Shown: in pieces, positions 36,318-44,529 of the stretch | How the letters are laid out: every line of letters begins with the position of its first letter | How positions within the stretch are numbered: the stretch's first letter is position 1 | From: Syntrophaceae bacterium UBA4810 | GTDB taxonomy: Bacteria; Desulfobacterota; Syntrophia; Syntrophales; Smithellaceae | Direction of reading: 5' to 3' | Assembly (NCBI GenBank): GCA_002402545.1 | Contig: DHGA01000061.1 | Span: 1,239 to 65,238 of the forward strand | DNA length: 64,000 nucleotides | The notes under the pieces: model-generated | Database searches by the model: none | What the model saw: the letters and a program-made list of their open reading frames with translations, nothing else | What the model was told of the DNA's origin: nothing | Made by a program: the position numbers and the translations under genes

Positions 36318-36410
36318 TCACATGGTGTCGCCCGATACGAATATTCCCATTGTCACATCAGAAAGGTCTTCATAAACAATCAGTGCGGGTTTTTCATATT
36401 CTTGTTTCAT
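36318..36410 (-). CDS. RiPP precursor peptide A7: MKQEYEKPALIVYEDLSDVTMGIFVSGDTM
   Basis: AGGAGG RBS. My own translation. Confidence 0.8.
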   Translation of the reverse strand: MKQEYEKPALIVYEDLSDVTMGIFVSGDTM

Positions 36411-36498
36411 GGTTTTTCCTCCTGTTATGGAATCAGTCATGAAATGTTTACAATAAAGATTCACGTTGGTCAACTTTTTTTGTTATCGAATTATCACG

Positions 36499-36527
36499 TT
36501 GACACACAAGTGGAACTTTCTTATATT
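36499..36527 (+). promoter_or_regulatory. promoter (TTGACA-17-TATATT) upstream of the DUF362 gene
   Basis: Consensus boxes. This implies the annotated ORF start at 36466 is upstream of the transcription start. Confidence 0.55.
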
Positions 36528-36579
36528 TCAACTCCAAATAAGTTACCTGTTGTCAAAAAAGTCTGCCCGGGAGGATAAG

Positions 36580-37506
36580 TTGCTATTCCGCCGTTTATTG
36601 CGCTATTTGAACCGGCCTGCCGTCTTGCGCCGTATAGTGGTGAGCGGCCAGGCAAAGCCGCGCATCGCAAAAAACCATCCGGCCAAAGACCAGGTTTTTG
36701 TCTATCTATACAATAACGAAGATGCAGGCCTGAAAGATTTGTGTAGCTCTATTGCGCCAGCTTGGGAAAAAACCGAGCGGATTTTAATAAAGATTAACCT
36801 CAATACGGCGGATGCTTATCCTGCCTCGACCGACCCGGAATTTCTTGTCGCCCTGCTTGACGCGTTTCGCGATAGAGGTTTTAAAAATTTGCTGGTGGGT
36901 GATTGTTCTTCCATGGGCGCGCTACCCACGCGCAAAGTGGCGTATCAGGCAGGTCTTACCAACGTGCTGCGCGGCCGGGCACGGCTTATTTACTTTGATA
37001 ACGAACCGTGGGTGCAAGTTAGCCTCAACGGAAAATATCTTTCTTCAGTTGTTGTCCCCAAAGAAGTATTTGAGGCAGACCGAATAATTCATCTGGCAAA
37101 TATGAAATCACACGCGCTGGCGAATTTCAGCTTCGGCATGAAATTGGGCGTGGGATACATGCATCCCTTGGAGCGCTGTGACTTGCATGATGAATTCTTA
37201 CAGGAAAAAATCGCGGAACTGGCTCTCGCTATTCAGCCGGATCTGACGATAATTGACGGGCGACAGGCGTTTGTTTCCGGCGGGCCGGTTAAAGGCCGGG
37301 TGGAGAAGGCAAACGTTTTGCTTTGGGGAGAAAATCCCCTGGCGGTTGATGTGGAAACATATCGCAGATTGTATGCGTTAAAGAAAAAATTTGCATGTTT
37401 GGAAGGATTCACGCAAGATCCTTTTGCCATGCGCCAGTTGAAACACGCGCGCCAGATTGGTGTCGGAAACAAAGATTGGCAGGAATACAACATTGTGGAA
37501 ATATAA
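36580..37506 (+). CDS. DUF362 domain protein
   Basis: ILIKINLNTA...STDPEFLVALLDAFRDRG...LVGDCSS pattern of DUF362. TTG at 36580 after GGGAGGA. Confidence 0.65.
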   Translation: MLFRRLLRYLNRPAVLRRIVVSGQAKPRIAKNHPAKDQVFVYLYNNEDAGLKDLCSSIAPAWEKTERILIKINLNTADAYPASTDPEFLVALLDAFRDRGFKNLLVGDCSSMGALPTRKVAYQAGLTNVLRGRARLIYFDNEPWVQVSLNGKYLSSVVVPKEVFEADRIIHLANMKSHALANFSFGMKLGVGYMHPLERCDLHDEFLQEKIAELALAIQPDLTIIDGRQAFVSGGPVKGRVEKANVLLWGENPLAVDVETYRRLYALKKKFACLEGFTQDPFAMRQLKHARQIGVGNKDWQEYNIVEI

Positions 37507-37921
37507 GGGCTATGAACTGCCGCAAGATTTACCTCTGATTATCGGAGCGCTTCTGCGGCTGCTTTATTTTGAGTTGATACTTCACCGAAGGCCGCTACCG
37601 GATATTTTAGCGGAAATTAGCGGGATGCCTTCCGTTTTATCTGCGCCTGCGGCGGAAGTAGCCGTTACCTTGGATAAATTATGGCGCGCCTGCGGCTTCT
37701 GGATGGCAAGGGTGCTTAAAAATCCCCGTCCCTGTCTGCGCCGCTCGCTGGTTTTGTATCGCTGGTGTAAAAAGCATGGCGTGGAGAGCAAAGTGGTTGT
37801 TGGCGTGGATAAAGACGGGGACATCCTCAAGGGACATGCCTGGCTTTACGTGCACGGGCAGGTGTACAGAGAAGACCCGGAGTTACTGGCCAGAGATTAT
37901 ACCATAATGCTGGAAGGCTAA
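37457..37921 (+). CDS. lasso-peptide B2-type leader peptidase (transglutaminase-core Cys protease)
   Basis: PCLRRSLVLYRW....G......VGV......KGHAWLYVHGQVY carries the Cys and His blocks of McjB-C/B2 proteins. The start is uncertain (TTG at 37457 or 37493). Confidence 0.75.
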   Translation: MVSETKIGRNTTLWKYKGYELPQDLPLIIGALLRLLYFELILHRRPLPDILAEISGMPSVLSAPAAEVAVTLDKLWRACGFWMARVLKNPRPCLRRSLVLYRWCKKHGVESKVVVGVDKDGDILKGHAWLYVHGQVYREDPELLARDYTIMLEG

Positions 37922-37943
37922 TCGCAAGGTAAAAGGTTTTTTT

Positions 37944-39356
37944 ATGCGCTTTTTATTTATCACGCACGGCATAGAACCAAACTTGTTTCAGGGCCCGCAC
38001 TGGCTGCCTTTGGGCTTTGCCTATATCGGCGCGTTGCTGAAACAGCATAGGCATGCTGTACAAGTTTTTGATCGTTACGCTGCGATAGATCGTTTAGGGC
38101 AAGACGCGGAAAAAATCGATCAGGCGATGTTGAATGCGATAACAATTTTTGCGCCGGATGTTGTCGGCCTGTCCACTGTTTCACCAATGATTCATGATGC
38201 AGTTCATTGCGCCAAAATAATCCGGGATGTTTTCAATGGGACAATGCTGGCCGGCGGGCACCACGCGACTGCCCTGCCTCGCCTCACTATGGAAAAGATC
38301 GCCGAGCTGGACGGCGTGGGAATTGGGGAAGGAGAAGAATCCCTGCTGGCTTTAGCCCAAGGCAAAAAACCAGATGAAATCAAAGGACTTTATTGGCGAA
38401 AGAATTCCGGCAAAGAAAGTTTCGGCCGTGTGGAGCAACTTGATTTGCTGCCTTTTCCCGATTTTTCATTGTTTGACACGGATTTTTACACACGACGTAC
38501 TTCGTCCATAATTCGCGGTTTTCATCTTTCGACACTTTCCATGCTTACATCACGAGGCTGTTCTCAGCGCTGTTCTTTCTGTACCGAATCACTGACCTAT
38601 GGCGGCGGCGTGCGTTTCCATAGCATAGATTACATTACGGAACTGGTTAAACGCGCCCTCAAACAGTATCCGCATGTTGAAGGCATCTATTTTCACGACA
38701 ACGACTTTATGGTTGACCCGGCCCGCGTGGAAAATATTTGTCGCCGCTTTATCGAGACGGGACTTGCCAAGCGCTTTGCCTGGGCGATTCAGGCGCGCGC
38801 AGACAGGTTAAAGCCTGCCCTGCTGCGGCTGATGCGCAAGGCGGGATGCATCAAGATGGAAATCGGCGTGGAAGCTGCCTTGCAAAAAAACCTGGATTCG
38901 GTGCGAAAAGGCACCACGGTAAACGTCAACGAAAAAGCGCTAAGGCTATGCCGTGATGCCGGAATCAGCGTGCACGCGTATATTCTGACAAAAACACAAA
39001 ACGAGTTACTCGCAGATTTGGATTTTACGCTCAATTGGCTCAAGAAAAATCGGCCGGATACATTCAGCTTGCATCCTTTATTGCGTCACCCGGGGTCTGT
39101 ATTATACAAGGAAAAAGGAAATAGGTTTTTTGAATCTCACGACTGGACAAGGGAAAACGTTCTTCGCTTTTATAATGAAGATGTTTTTTCTAAGATTAGC
39201 CCACAGGAAAGAAAAAAATGGGCGCTATCACGTTACAATCCTTTTTACAAAAGGCATCACCGCATAATCCGCTACAAGGTGAACCCTCTTCGCAAATGGC
39301 CGCAAATGCTGTATGAGGCGCTGGCGCGCAGGCTGAAAAAATTGTTTGCCAAATAA
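37944..39356 (+). CDS. B12-binding-domain radical SAM protein (class B-like)
   Basis: N-terminal Rossmann-like B12-binding region. SRGCSQRCSFCTE CX3CX2C motif. Confidence 0.75.
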   Translation: MRFLFITHGIEPNLFQGPHWLPLGFAYIGALLKQHRHAVQVFDRYAAIDRLGQDAEKIDQAMLNAITIFAPDVVGLSTVSPMIHDAVHCAKIIRDVFNGTMLAGGHHATALPRLTMEKIAELDGVGIGEGEESLLALAQGKKPDEIKGLYWRKNSGKESFGRVEQLDLLPFPDFSLFDTDFYTRRTSSIIRGFHLSTLSMLTSRGCSQRCSFCTESLTYGGGVRFHSIDYITELVKRALKQYPHVEGIYFHDNDFMVDPARVENICRRFIETGLAKRFAWAIQARADRLKPALLRLMRKAGCIKMEIGVEAALQKNLDSVRKGTTVNVNEKALRLCRDAGISVHAYILTKTQNELLADLDFTLNWLKKNRPDTFSLHPLLRHPGSVLYKEKGNRFFESHDWTRENVLRFYNEDVFSKISPQERKKWALSRYNPFYKRHHRIIRYKVNPLRKWPQMLYEALARRLKKLFAK

Positions 39357-39384
39357 TTTTATTTGCGCTCTAACTAGTTTACTT

Positions 39385-40305
39385 ATGGCCGCAAAAAAGA
39401 AAAATGACTTTTATCTTGCCGACTCAATAAACAATCTGATTGCCAGAGAAATACAGTCGGGCGATTTCACGTGCGACCTTCCATCGCACAAAGGAGACGC
39501 CGAGTGCCGCAATTTGTTTCTCAATATCTACGATGAAGCAATGATCCGCCGGAAGTTCGAGGAGATCGGTTTCGCCGCGCACCTGAAAAATAGAGGTTTT
39601 ACAAAGCTGCAAATAGAAATTGACCGGGGCATGAATTCAGTTTCGAGCCTGAGATTATATAACGGGCCTATTTCGCCGGATAACCGCCTGTTGGACACGC
39701 GTTTCAGCGAAACTATTTTTACTCCTTTCAGGGAGTTTTGTGAACTTGCCGGCGATAAAAAAGACCCCTGCAAGTTTCAGATGATTGTAATCGAGTGGCT
39801 CGAGGCGCTTGACCCAAAAGCCCACTTCACTGCTGAAAAACCCCAGCTTCCCGGCCAGAAAAAACCCGGACTGGGGGCGCTTGTCTATATCAAGAAATTT
39901 TTGGGTGTCGTGGGAAAAGATGTTTCCCGCGACGGGTTTCTGAAAATCGCCGACCATATTCACACAGCTCTTATGTATTCAGATATCTTCATGTTCGTAA
40001 ACCCAGCCCGCCAGGGATATCTCAGCGCGCTGCGGCGTGATATGGAAAAGTACAGTTTAAACGATATCGCCTGGGGTTTTGTGACTGAAACAATCTGTGA
40101 CCGCGAAACCGGCGCGCCGGAAAAATATATTCCTTCCGAGCAGGTTTTGCCGCTTTCCGACAGATTAATGGAGCATTTTACTTCACGCAAATACGCGGAC
40201 GATGTGCGCGCAGTTTATGAAAACAAGGGGTTTCGGTTCGACATTGACCGCATGCTTTTGCTGAAAAAAGAATGGCTTGGCAAAAACAGGCCGGAAGACG
40301 CTTAA
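39385..40305 (+). CDS. hypothetical protein (last gene in the same orientation as the cluster)
   Basis: 306-aa ORF. Family not recognised. Confidence 0.5.
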   Translation: MAAKKKNDFYLADSINNLIAREIQSGDFTCDLPSHKGDAECRNLFLNIYDEAMIRRKFEEIGFAAHLKNRGFTKLQIEIDRGMNSVSSLRLYNGPISPDNRLLDTRFSETIFTPFREFCELAGDKKDPCKFQMIVIEWLEALDPKAHFTAEKPQLPGQKKPGLGALVYIKKFLGVVGKDVSRDGFLKIADHIHTALMYSDIFMFVNPARQGYLSALRRDMEKYSLNDIAWGFVTETICDRETGAPEKYIPSEQVLPLSDRLMEHFTSRKYADDVRAVYENKGFRFDIDRMLLLKKEWLGKNRPEDA

Positions 40306-40364
40306 ACAGCCTGCTATTCAGCAAAAAACTTTTGTCGCCTATCACGCCACAAGAACTCAGGTAA

Positions 40365-41024
40365 TCATTTCGACCGCACAGAGAGCAGTATTCCAAAACT
40401 TAACAGAAAAAGACCTGTAAAGTAGACGGGAATGGTAAACAAAGGCGAGGGGTGTCCGTTAAAAACAAACTTGGCCAATGCCAGCAAAGCATCGGAAAGC
40501 ATGAAAATAAATGCCCCGATAGCGGCGAGTGGACGAACATCAGCCACGATGGCAAGCATTGTCATAAGGGTAATAACAACAAGGTATAACATAACCGGCA
40601 CAAGCAGCGAACCCAGTTTGGGAACAAGCACAAAAGCCATGGCCAGCGAAAAAAGCAACACGGGCATTATCCATATACGGCGGGGACTTTTTGGAACACG
40701 CCGCATCCAAAATAAAATAAGAAAGCCCGCATGACCCAAAAGAAACGCGGCAAGACCGGGAACAAACAGGCGAACCCGATCTATGTCGAGAATCACGTCT
40801 CCGGCGCCACAAAACAGCGCGCCGGTTAACATCGCGATTTTCTGCGGAAGCGCCAACTGGCCGGTGACAAGTATTGCGACAGCCAGAATCAGCGCCGGAA
40901 TCACCTTGATAACAAAGCTGGCCGTAAAGTCGGGTATAAATATTTTGACCAGCATGAAACTTACGGCGGCCGCCACATAGACCACCATGAAGGGTATATA
41001 GGAAAATCCTTTTTCGCTTTTCAT
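40365..41024 (-). CDS. YhhN/lysoplasmalogenase-family membrane protein
   Basis: Multi-TM with GDVILD and FMLSDALLA motifs. ATG at 41024 is preferred because the TTG at 41060 abuts the upstream terminator. Confidence 0.65.
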   Translation of the reverse strand: MKSEKGFSYIPFMVVYVAAAVSFMLVKIFIPDFTASFVIKVIPALILAVAILVTGQLALPQKIAMLTGALFCGAGDVILDIDRVRLFVPGLAAFLLGHAGFLILFWMRRVPKSPRRIWIMPVLLFSLAMAFVLVPKLGSLLVPVMLYLVVITLMTMLAIVADVRPLAAIGAFIFMLSDALLALAKFVFNGHPSPLFTIPVYFTGLFLLSFGILLSVRSK

Positions 41025-41061
41025 GCGTTCATTAATAATTGGATATTCAGCGAAATGCAAG

Positions 41062-41094
41062 AAAAAAAAGCCCCGCCTCTGGAAGAGGCGGGGC
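41062..41094 (-). terminator. intrinsic terminator after the acylase gene
   Basis: GCCCCGCCTCT-tcc-AGAGGCGGGGC plus T8 on the minus strand. Confidence 0.75.
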
Positions 41095-41121
41095 TCAAAA
41101 CAACACCATGTTTACGACGTA

Positions 41122-43695
41122 TTACGGATTAAGGTACAGTTTATACTTGGCAACCGCCTCTACTTTTTCACGGCTCCACAGCATGGGCTGGTATTCGACT
41201 TTAGCCCAGGGTACCATTTGATCCTCGTACCACTTGCTCCCCGGGTGGCCGCTGACGCCGGTCGAATTTATTTTCACGCTCTGGTCAAAATCGCCCAAGT
41301 CAACAATCATGCGCATGGAAGGTATCAGCCCTACACTGAAATTGCCCTTGCTCGCGTACCAGATATTGTTGTTGACCGTTTCCGTGGAGCCGGATGTGGG
41401 CACAGGCCCCCTATTGACCAGCGCTTCAAGCGGTTTGACACGGCTGGCACCCAGCGGATTGCTGACGAACGTGGCGGTATGAAGCTTGCCCCAATTCCAT
41501 TTATTGCGGTCATTGCCCTGAGCTAACTTTGCCGCCGCGTAAGCTTCGGCAAAAGATTTTATCAGTGTCTCATCGCGTGTTTCTTTCCTGTCCGGTGTTG
41601 TGGGATCATCCCACCAAGGGTCGTTGGGATTCTTCAAAAGCAGGGTAATTGCCCACAATTCCTTATCAATGCCATCGGCCTTTCCTATGTCTCCTATTTT
41701 ATTTTGAAAAGTGTTCTGCATTAATTTCATTATAAAATGATTGAACAACACGGCGTGCGGGCTGTCTTCTCCACAGATAGCATCCCACTTTATAAGCCAG
41801 TCGCGGGCATCGGTCAGTTCCGCGTCTTCAAACTTGAGTTTGGCCAGCGCGGGCATAATCTCCTTAGCCGGTATGCTCAAATTATCGCCTTGAATCGCCT
41901 GATAAGTGGCCACGCTGTGCGGCGCGAGTTGCTTCATTAAATCATATGTGCGCTGCGAACGGTAGCCGTAAACCCACTTGTTATATTTGGAACCGAAGTG
42001 AGCATTTACGTTTGGCCCCAGCTTGCTGTTGAGCATGGCAAAATAACGGGGAGGCGCTATTTCCTGATTCGAGGCCACGATGTATTTACGCGCCGGGTTA
42101 TAGAGACGTGGCATCAGATCATAAGGGACATACCCCTTCCATGCGTATTTGTCTGTCCAGCCGGGCACGGGCACCTGGCCGGTGTGGTTTTGAGCACGAA
42201 CGGGAATTTTCCCCGGCATCTGCACGCCGATGTTACCCTTCCGGTCGGCATAAACCAGGTTTTGTGAAGGGGTATCCCAATATTTAAGCGCCGCGATGAA
42301 GTCATTCCAGTTTCGGGCTCGGTTAAGCTTTAGGATGGCCAGCGTAATAGTGCTCGGCTCCAAGCCGGTCCAGCGCAGAGCCAGGGGGTCTTTGTTGTTA
42401 AATCCTGCCAGCTCGCCCGTCTTGGGATCAGCTCTGTTTTCATTAATGATTGGACCCAGGTGCGTGATTCTGACCTTGATGTTGATGGAAGGTTTTCCGT
42501 CGCCGAATCTGATCGTTTCTTCACGAATGGTCATATCACGCCATTTCCCGTTCCACTCATATTGCAGCGGGTTGTCCGGATTGACTTTGATTTGATAAAG
42601 ATCGTTCACATCAGGATAGACATTCGAGTTTCCCCAGGCGATGTCGTTATTATGACCCGCGACCACACCGGGAGAAGGGGCAAAGGCAAAGCCGGTTACG
42701 TCAAAAGGCCGGCCGGTGCCGTCGTCCGGGCAATGCAGCGCGACTTCATACCAGATAGAGGGCTGCTGAATGCCCAGGTGAGGATCGTTAGCCAGAAGCG
42801 GCTTGCCTTGCTTTGTCATCGAGCCGGTCGCCACCCAGGAATTAGTGCCAATCCCTTCGGCCTGACCCATGATGTGGGAAAGATCACCGGCGGGCTGTTC
42901 ATAGCTTTGCGTAACCTCGGCAATTATTTTTTCCCGCGGCTCAGGCGACAAAGCTAAAGAGGCGGGATACATTGCCTTAATATCCTCATCGAGTAAAGTG
43001 GTGGGTTTAAGCCCGAGCGGCCAAGCCGGTACCAGCCACTGTTCCGCCATTTTCGCGCCTAGCTTGACATAGAGCTTGGCGCGGATGATTTCCAAGTCGC
43101 GTGAAAGGCCCAGATCCCAGGCCATCAGCTTGGAGAAAACCAGCGTATCAAGCGGAGACCATGGTTCCACCTTGAACTTGACTCCGGTAAGGCCAAGAAT
43201 CGAATAGTTGACCGAAAGCTGCTGAGGGCTGCGGCCTGAAATATAAGCGTTAACGCCAGCAGCGAAAGCATCCAGGGCAGTGCGGTCTTGCGCGCTAAAA
43301 CTGTTATATTCCTTTTCGGCTACTTTATACAGACCCAGTGACCTCAGGTAGATGTCGGAATTTACCAGCGCGGCTTTCCTGCCGGTGAGTTCCTCAATCC
43401 GCCCACCGCATGTTTTGCGGAAGAATTCCATCTGCCACCAGCGGTCCTGAGCCTGAACGTAACCCTGGGCGAAGAAAAGGTCCTGCATGTTGTTCGCGTA
43501 GATATGTGGCTTGCCGCCGGAATCGCGTAAAATCTCCACGCGCTCCTTAAGCCCCGCCACCTTCAGTTCACCTTTAACCTGTGGCTGAGGGCGTATTTTG
43601 TAGTAAGCACAACCGCCTAGCATATTCACTAACATCAATGAGAATAAAGTAATTACTGCACCTTTAAAAATCGTGCCAAATTTTTCCCTTTCCAT
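41122..43695 (-). CDS. penicillin/AHL acylase family (S45 Ntn-hydrolase)
   Basis: 857 aa, signal/TM N-terminus, and GTNSWVATG...LLANDPHL nucleophile block. Confidence 0.85.
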   Translation of the reverse strand: MEREKFGTIFKGAVITLFSLMLVNMLGGCAYYKIRPQPQVKGELKVAGLKERVEILRDSGGKPHIYANNMQDLFFAQGYVQAQDRWWQMEFFRKTCGGRIEELTGRKAALVNSDIYLRSLGLYKVAEKEYNSFSAQDRTALDAFAAGVNAYISGRSPQQLSVNYSILGLTGVKFKVEPWSPLDTLVFSKLMAWDLGLSRDLEIIRAKLYVKLGAKMAEQWLVPAWPLGLKPTTLLDEDIKAMYPASLALSPEPREKIIAEVTQSYEQPAGDLSHIMGQAEGIGTNSWVATGSMTKQGKPLLANDPHLGIQQPSIWYEVALHCPDDGTGRPFDVTGFAFAPSPGVVAGHNNDIAWGNSNVYPDVNDLYQIKVNPDNPLQYEWNGKWRDMTIREETIRFGDGKPSINIKVRITHLGPIINENRADPKTGELAGFNNKDPLALRWTGLEPSTITLAILKLNRARNWNDFIAALKYWDTPSQNLVYADRKGNIGVQMPGKIPVRAQNHTGQVPVPGWTDKYAWKGYVPYDLMPRLYNPARKYIVASNQEIAPPRYFAMLNSKLGPNVNAHFGSKYNKWVYGYRSQRTYDLMKQLAPHSVATYQAIQGDNLSIPAKEIMPALAKLKFEDAELTDARDWLIKWDAICGEDSPHAVLFNHFIMKLMQNTFQNKIGDIGKADGIDKELWAITLLLKNPNDPWWDDPTTPDRKETRDETLIKSFAEAYAAAKLAQGNDRNKWNWGKLHTATFVSNPLGASRVKPLEALVNRGPVPTSGSTETVNNNIWYASKGNFSVGLIPSMRMIVDLGDFDQSVKINSTGVSGHPGSKWYEDQMVPWAKVEYQPMLWSREKVEAVAKYKLYLNP

Positions 43696-43927
43696 ACTTA
43701 CATCCTTTCCGCGCCCGGATAAAAAACTACAGACGCATGAAACTTTATCATCTCTTAATTATCAAAAGTCAATACCTAGCTTTTTAAATCATTTGTTATG
43801 AAGACTGCGGGTCATGATAAAAAAGATGTTGCTTTCAGCGTAAAAAACTTTAATAATCACATCTACAGGGATCTTTCCGCTCAAAGAATTATTCAGACTT
43901 GTTGGTATATCACAAACTGGTAAAACC

Positions 43928-43955
43928 TTGACGTAAAGACACTTATCAATATACA
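43928..43955 (+). promoter_or_regulatory. promoter (TTGACG-16-TATACA)
   Basis: Upstream of the XRE-cupin regulator gene. Confidence 0.4.
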
Positions 43956-43969
43956 TACGGTGAATCATT

Positions 43970-44518
43970 ATGGCAAAAGTCAAAGAAGTTAAAAAATCTT
44001 TCGGCCAGGGCATAAGAGCTTATCGCGAAGAAAGAAAGATGAGCATAAAAGACCTGGCGCATGAAACCGGATATCCCGCAGACGTTCTGGAAAAAGTGGA
44101 AGCAGACAAGGTGACTCCGCCGGTGGCTCTTGTATTGCAGCTGAGTCGCGCGTTAAAGATTGATGTGGAAGCGCTGGAAGACGAAAAAGGCAAAAAAACC
44201 GCGTCGCGCGTGAAAAGCCAGAAAAAACGCGCTGGTTCCTACGCCTACACTCAATTGACCAAAGCAGGTTCGGACAAGCACCTGGGCGCATACCGCGTAA
44301 CCATTGAACCGAACACGGCCCATGAAGGGGTGGAATACCACCATGATGGTGAAGAATTCATTTATGTTTTAAAGGGCAGGCTTTCCATATCGGTGGGCAA
44401 AAATACCAGTGTATTGGAGCGGGGGGAATGCATTCATTTTAATTCGGCGCTTCATCACGCGCTCAGCAATCCTTCCGGCGAAAAAACAGAATTACTTGTG
44501 GTTTTATACATTCCCTGA
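43970..44518 (+). CDS. XRE-family HTH regulator with C-terminal cupin domain
   Basis: HTH_3-like N-terminus and a cupin block (GEEFIYVLKG...IHFNSALHHA). Confidence 0.75.
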   Translation: MAKVKEVKKSFGQGIRAYREERKMSIKDLAHETGYPADVLEKVEADKVTPPVALVLQLSRALKIDVEALEDEKGKKTASRVKSQKKRAGSYAYTQLTKAGSDKHLGAYRVTIEPNTAHEGVEYHHDGEEFIYVLKGRLSISVGKNTSVLERGECIHFNSALHHALSNPSGEKTELLVVLYIP

Positions 44519-44529
44519 CGGCGGCATCT

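Noticed and set aside
34388-36410. Repeated blocks of about 63 nt with variable sequence between them, read as a CRISPR-like array
   Set aside because: The repeats are coding, with an ATG or TTG start, a Shine-Dalgarno sequence, an open frame and a stop. They are not palindromic CRISPR repeats, they are irregularly spaced, and a 0.9-kb enzyme gene interrupts them.
29620-40305. Calling the locus an ordinary lasso-peptide cluster
   Set aside because: B1, B2, the kinase and the nucleotidyltransferase fit a lasso cluster. However, I recognised no Asn-synthetase-like cyclase in the window. The cores after the Thr(-2) site are only 6-10 residues, and two of them lack any Asp or Glu for ring closure.
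41122-43695. The S45 penicillin/AHL acylase (and the YhhN gene) as part of the RiPP-like cluster
   Set aside because: Both are on the opposite strand, and the acylase gene ends in its own terminator. There is no sequence-based link to the cluster, and adjacency alone is not evidence.
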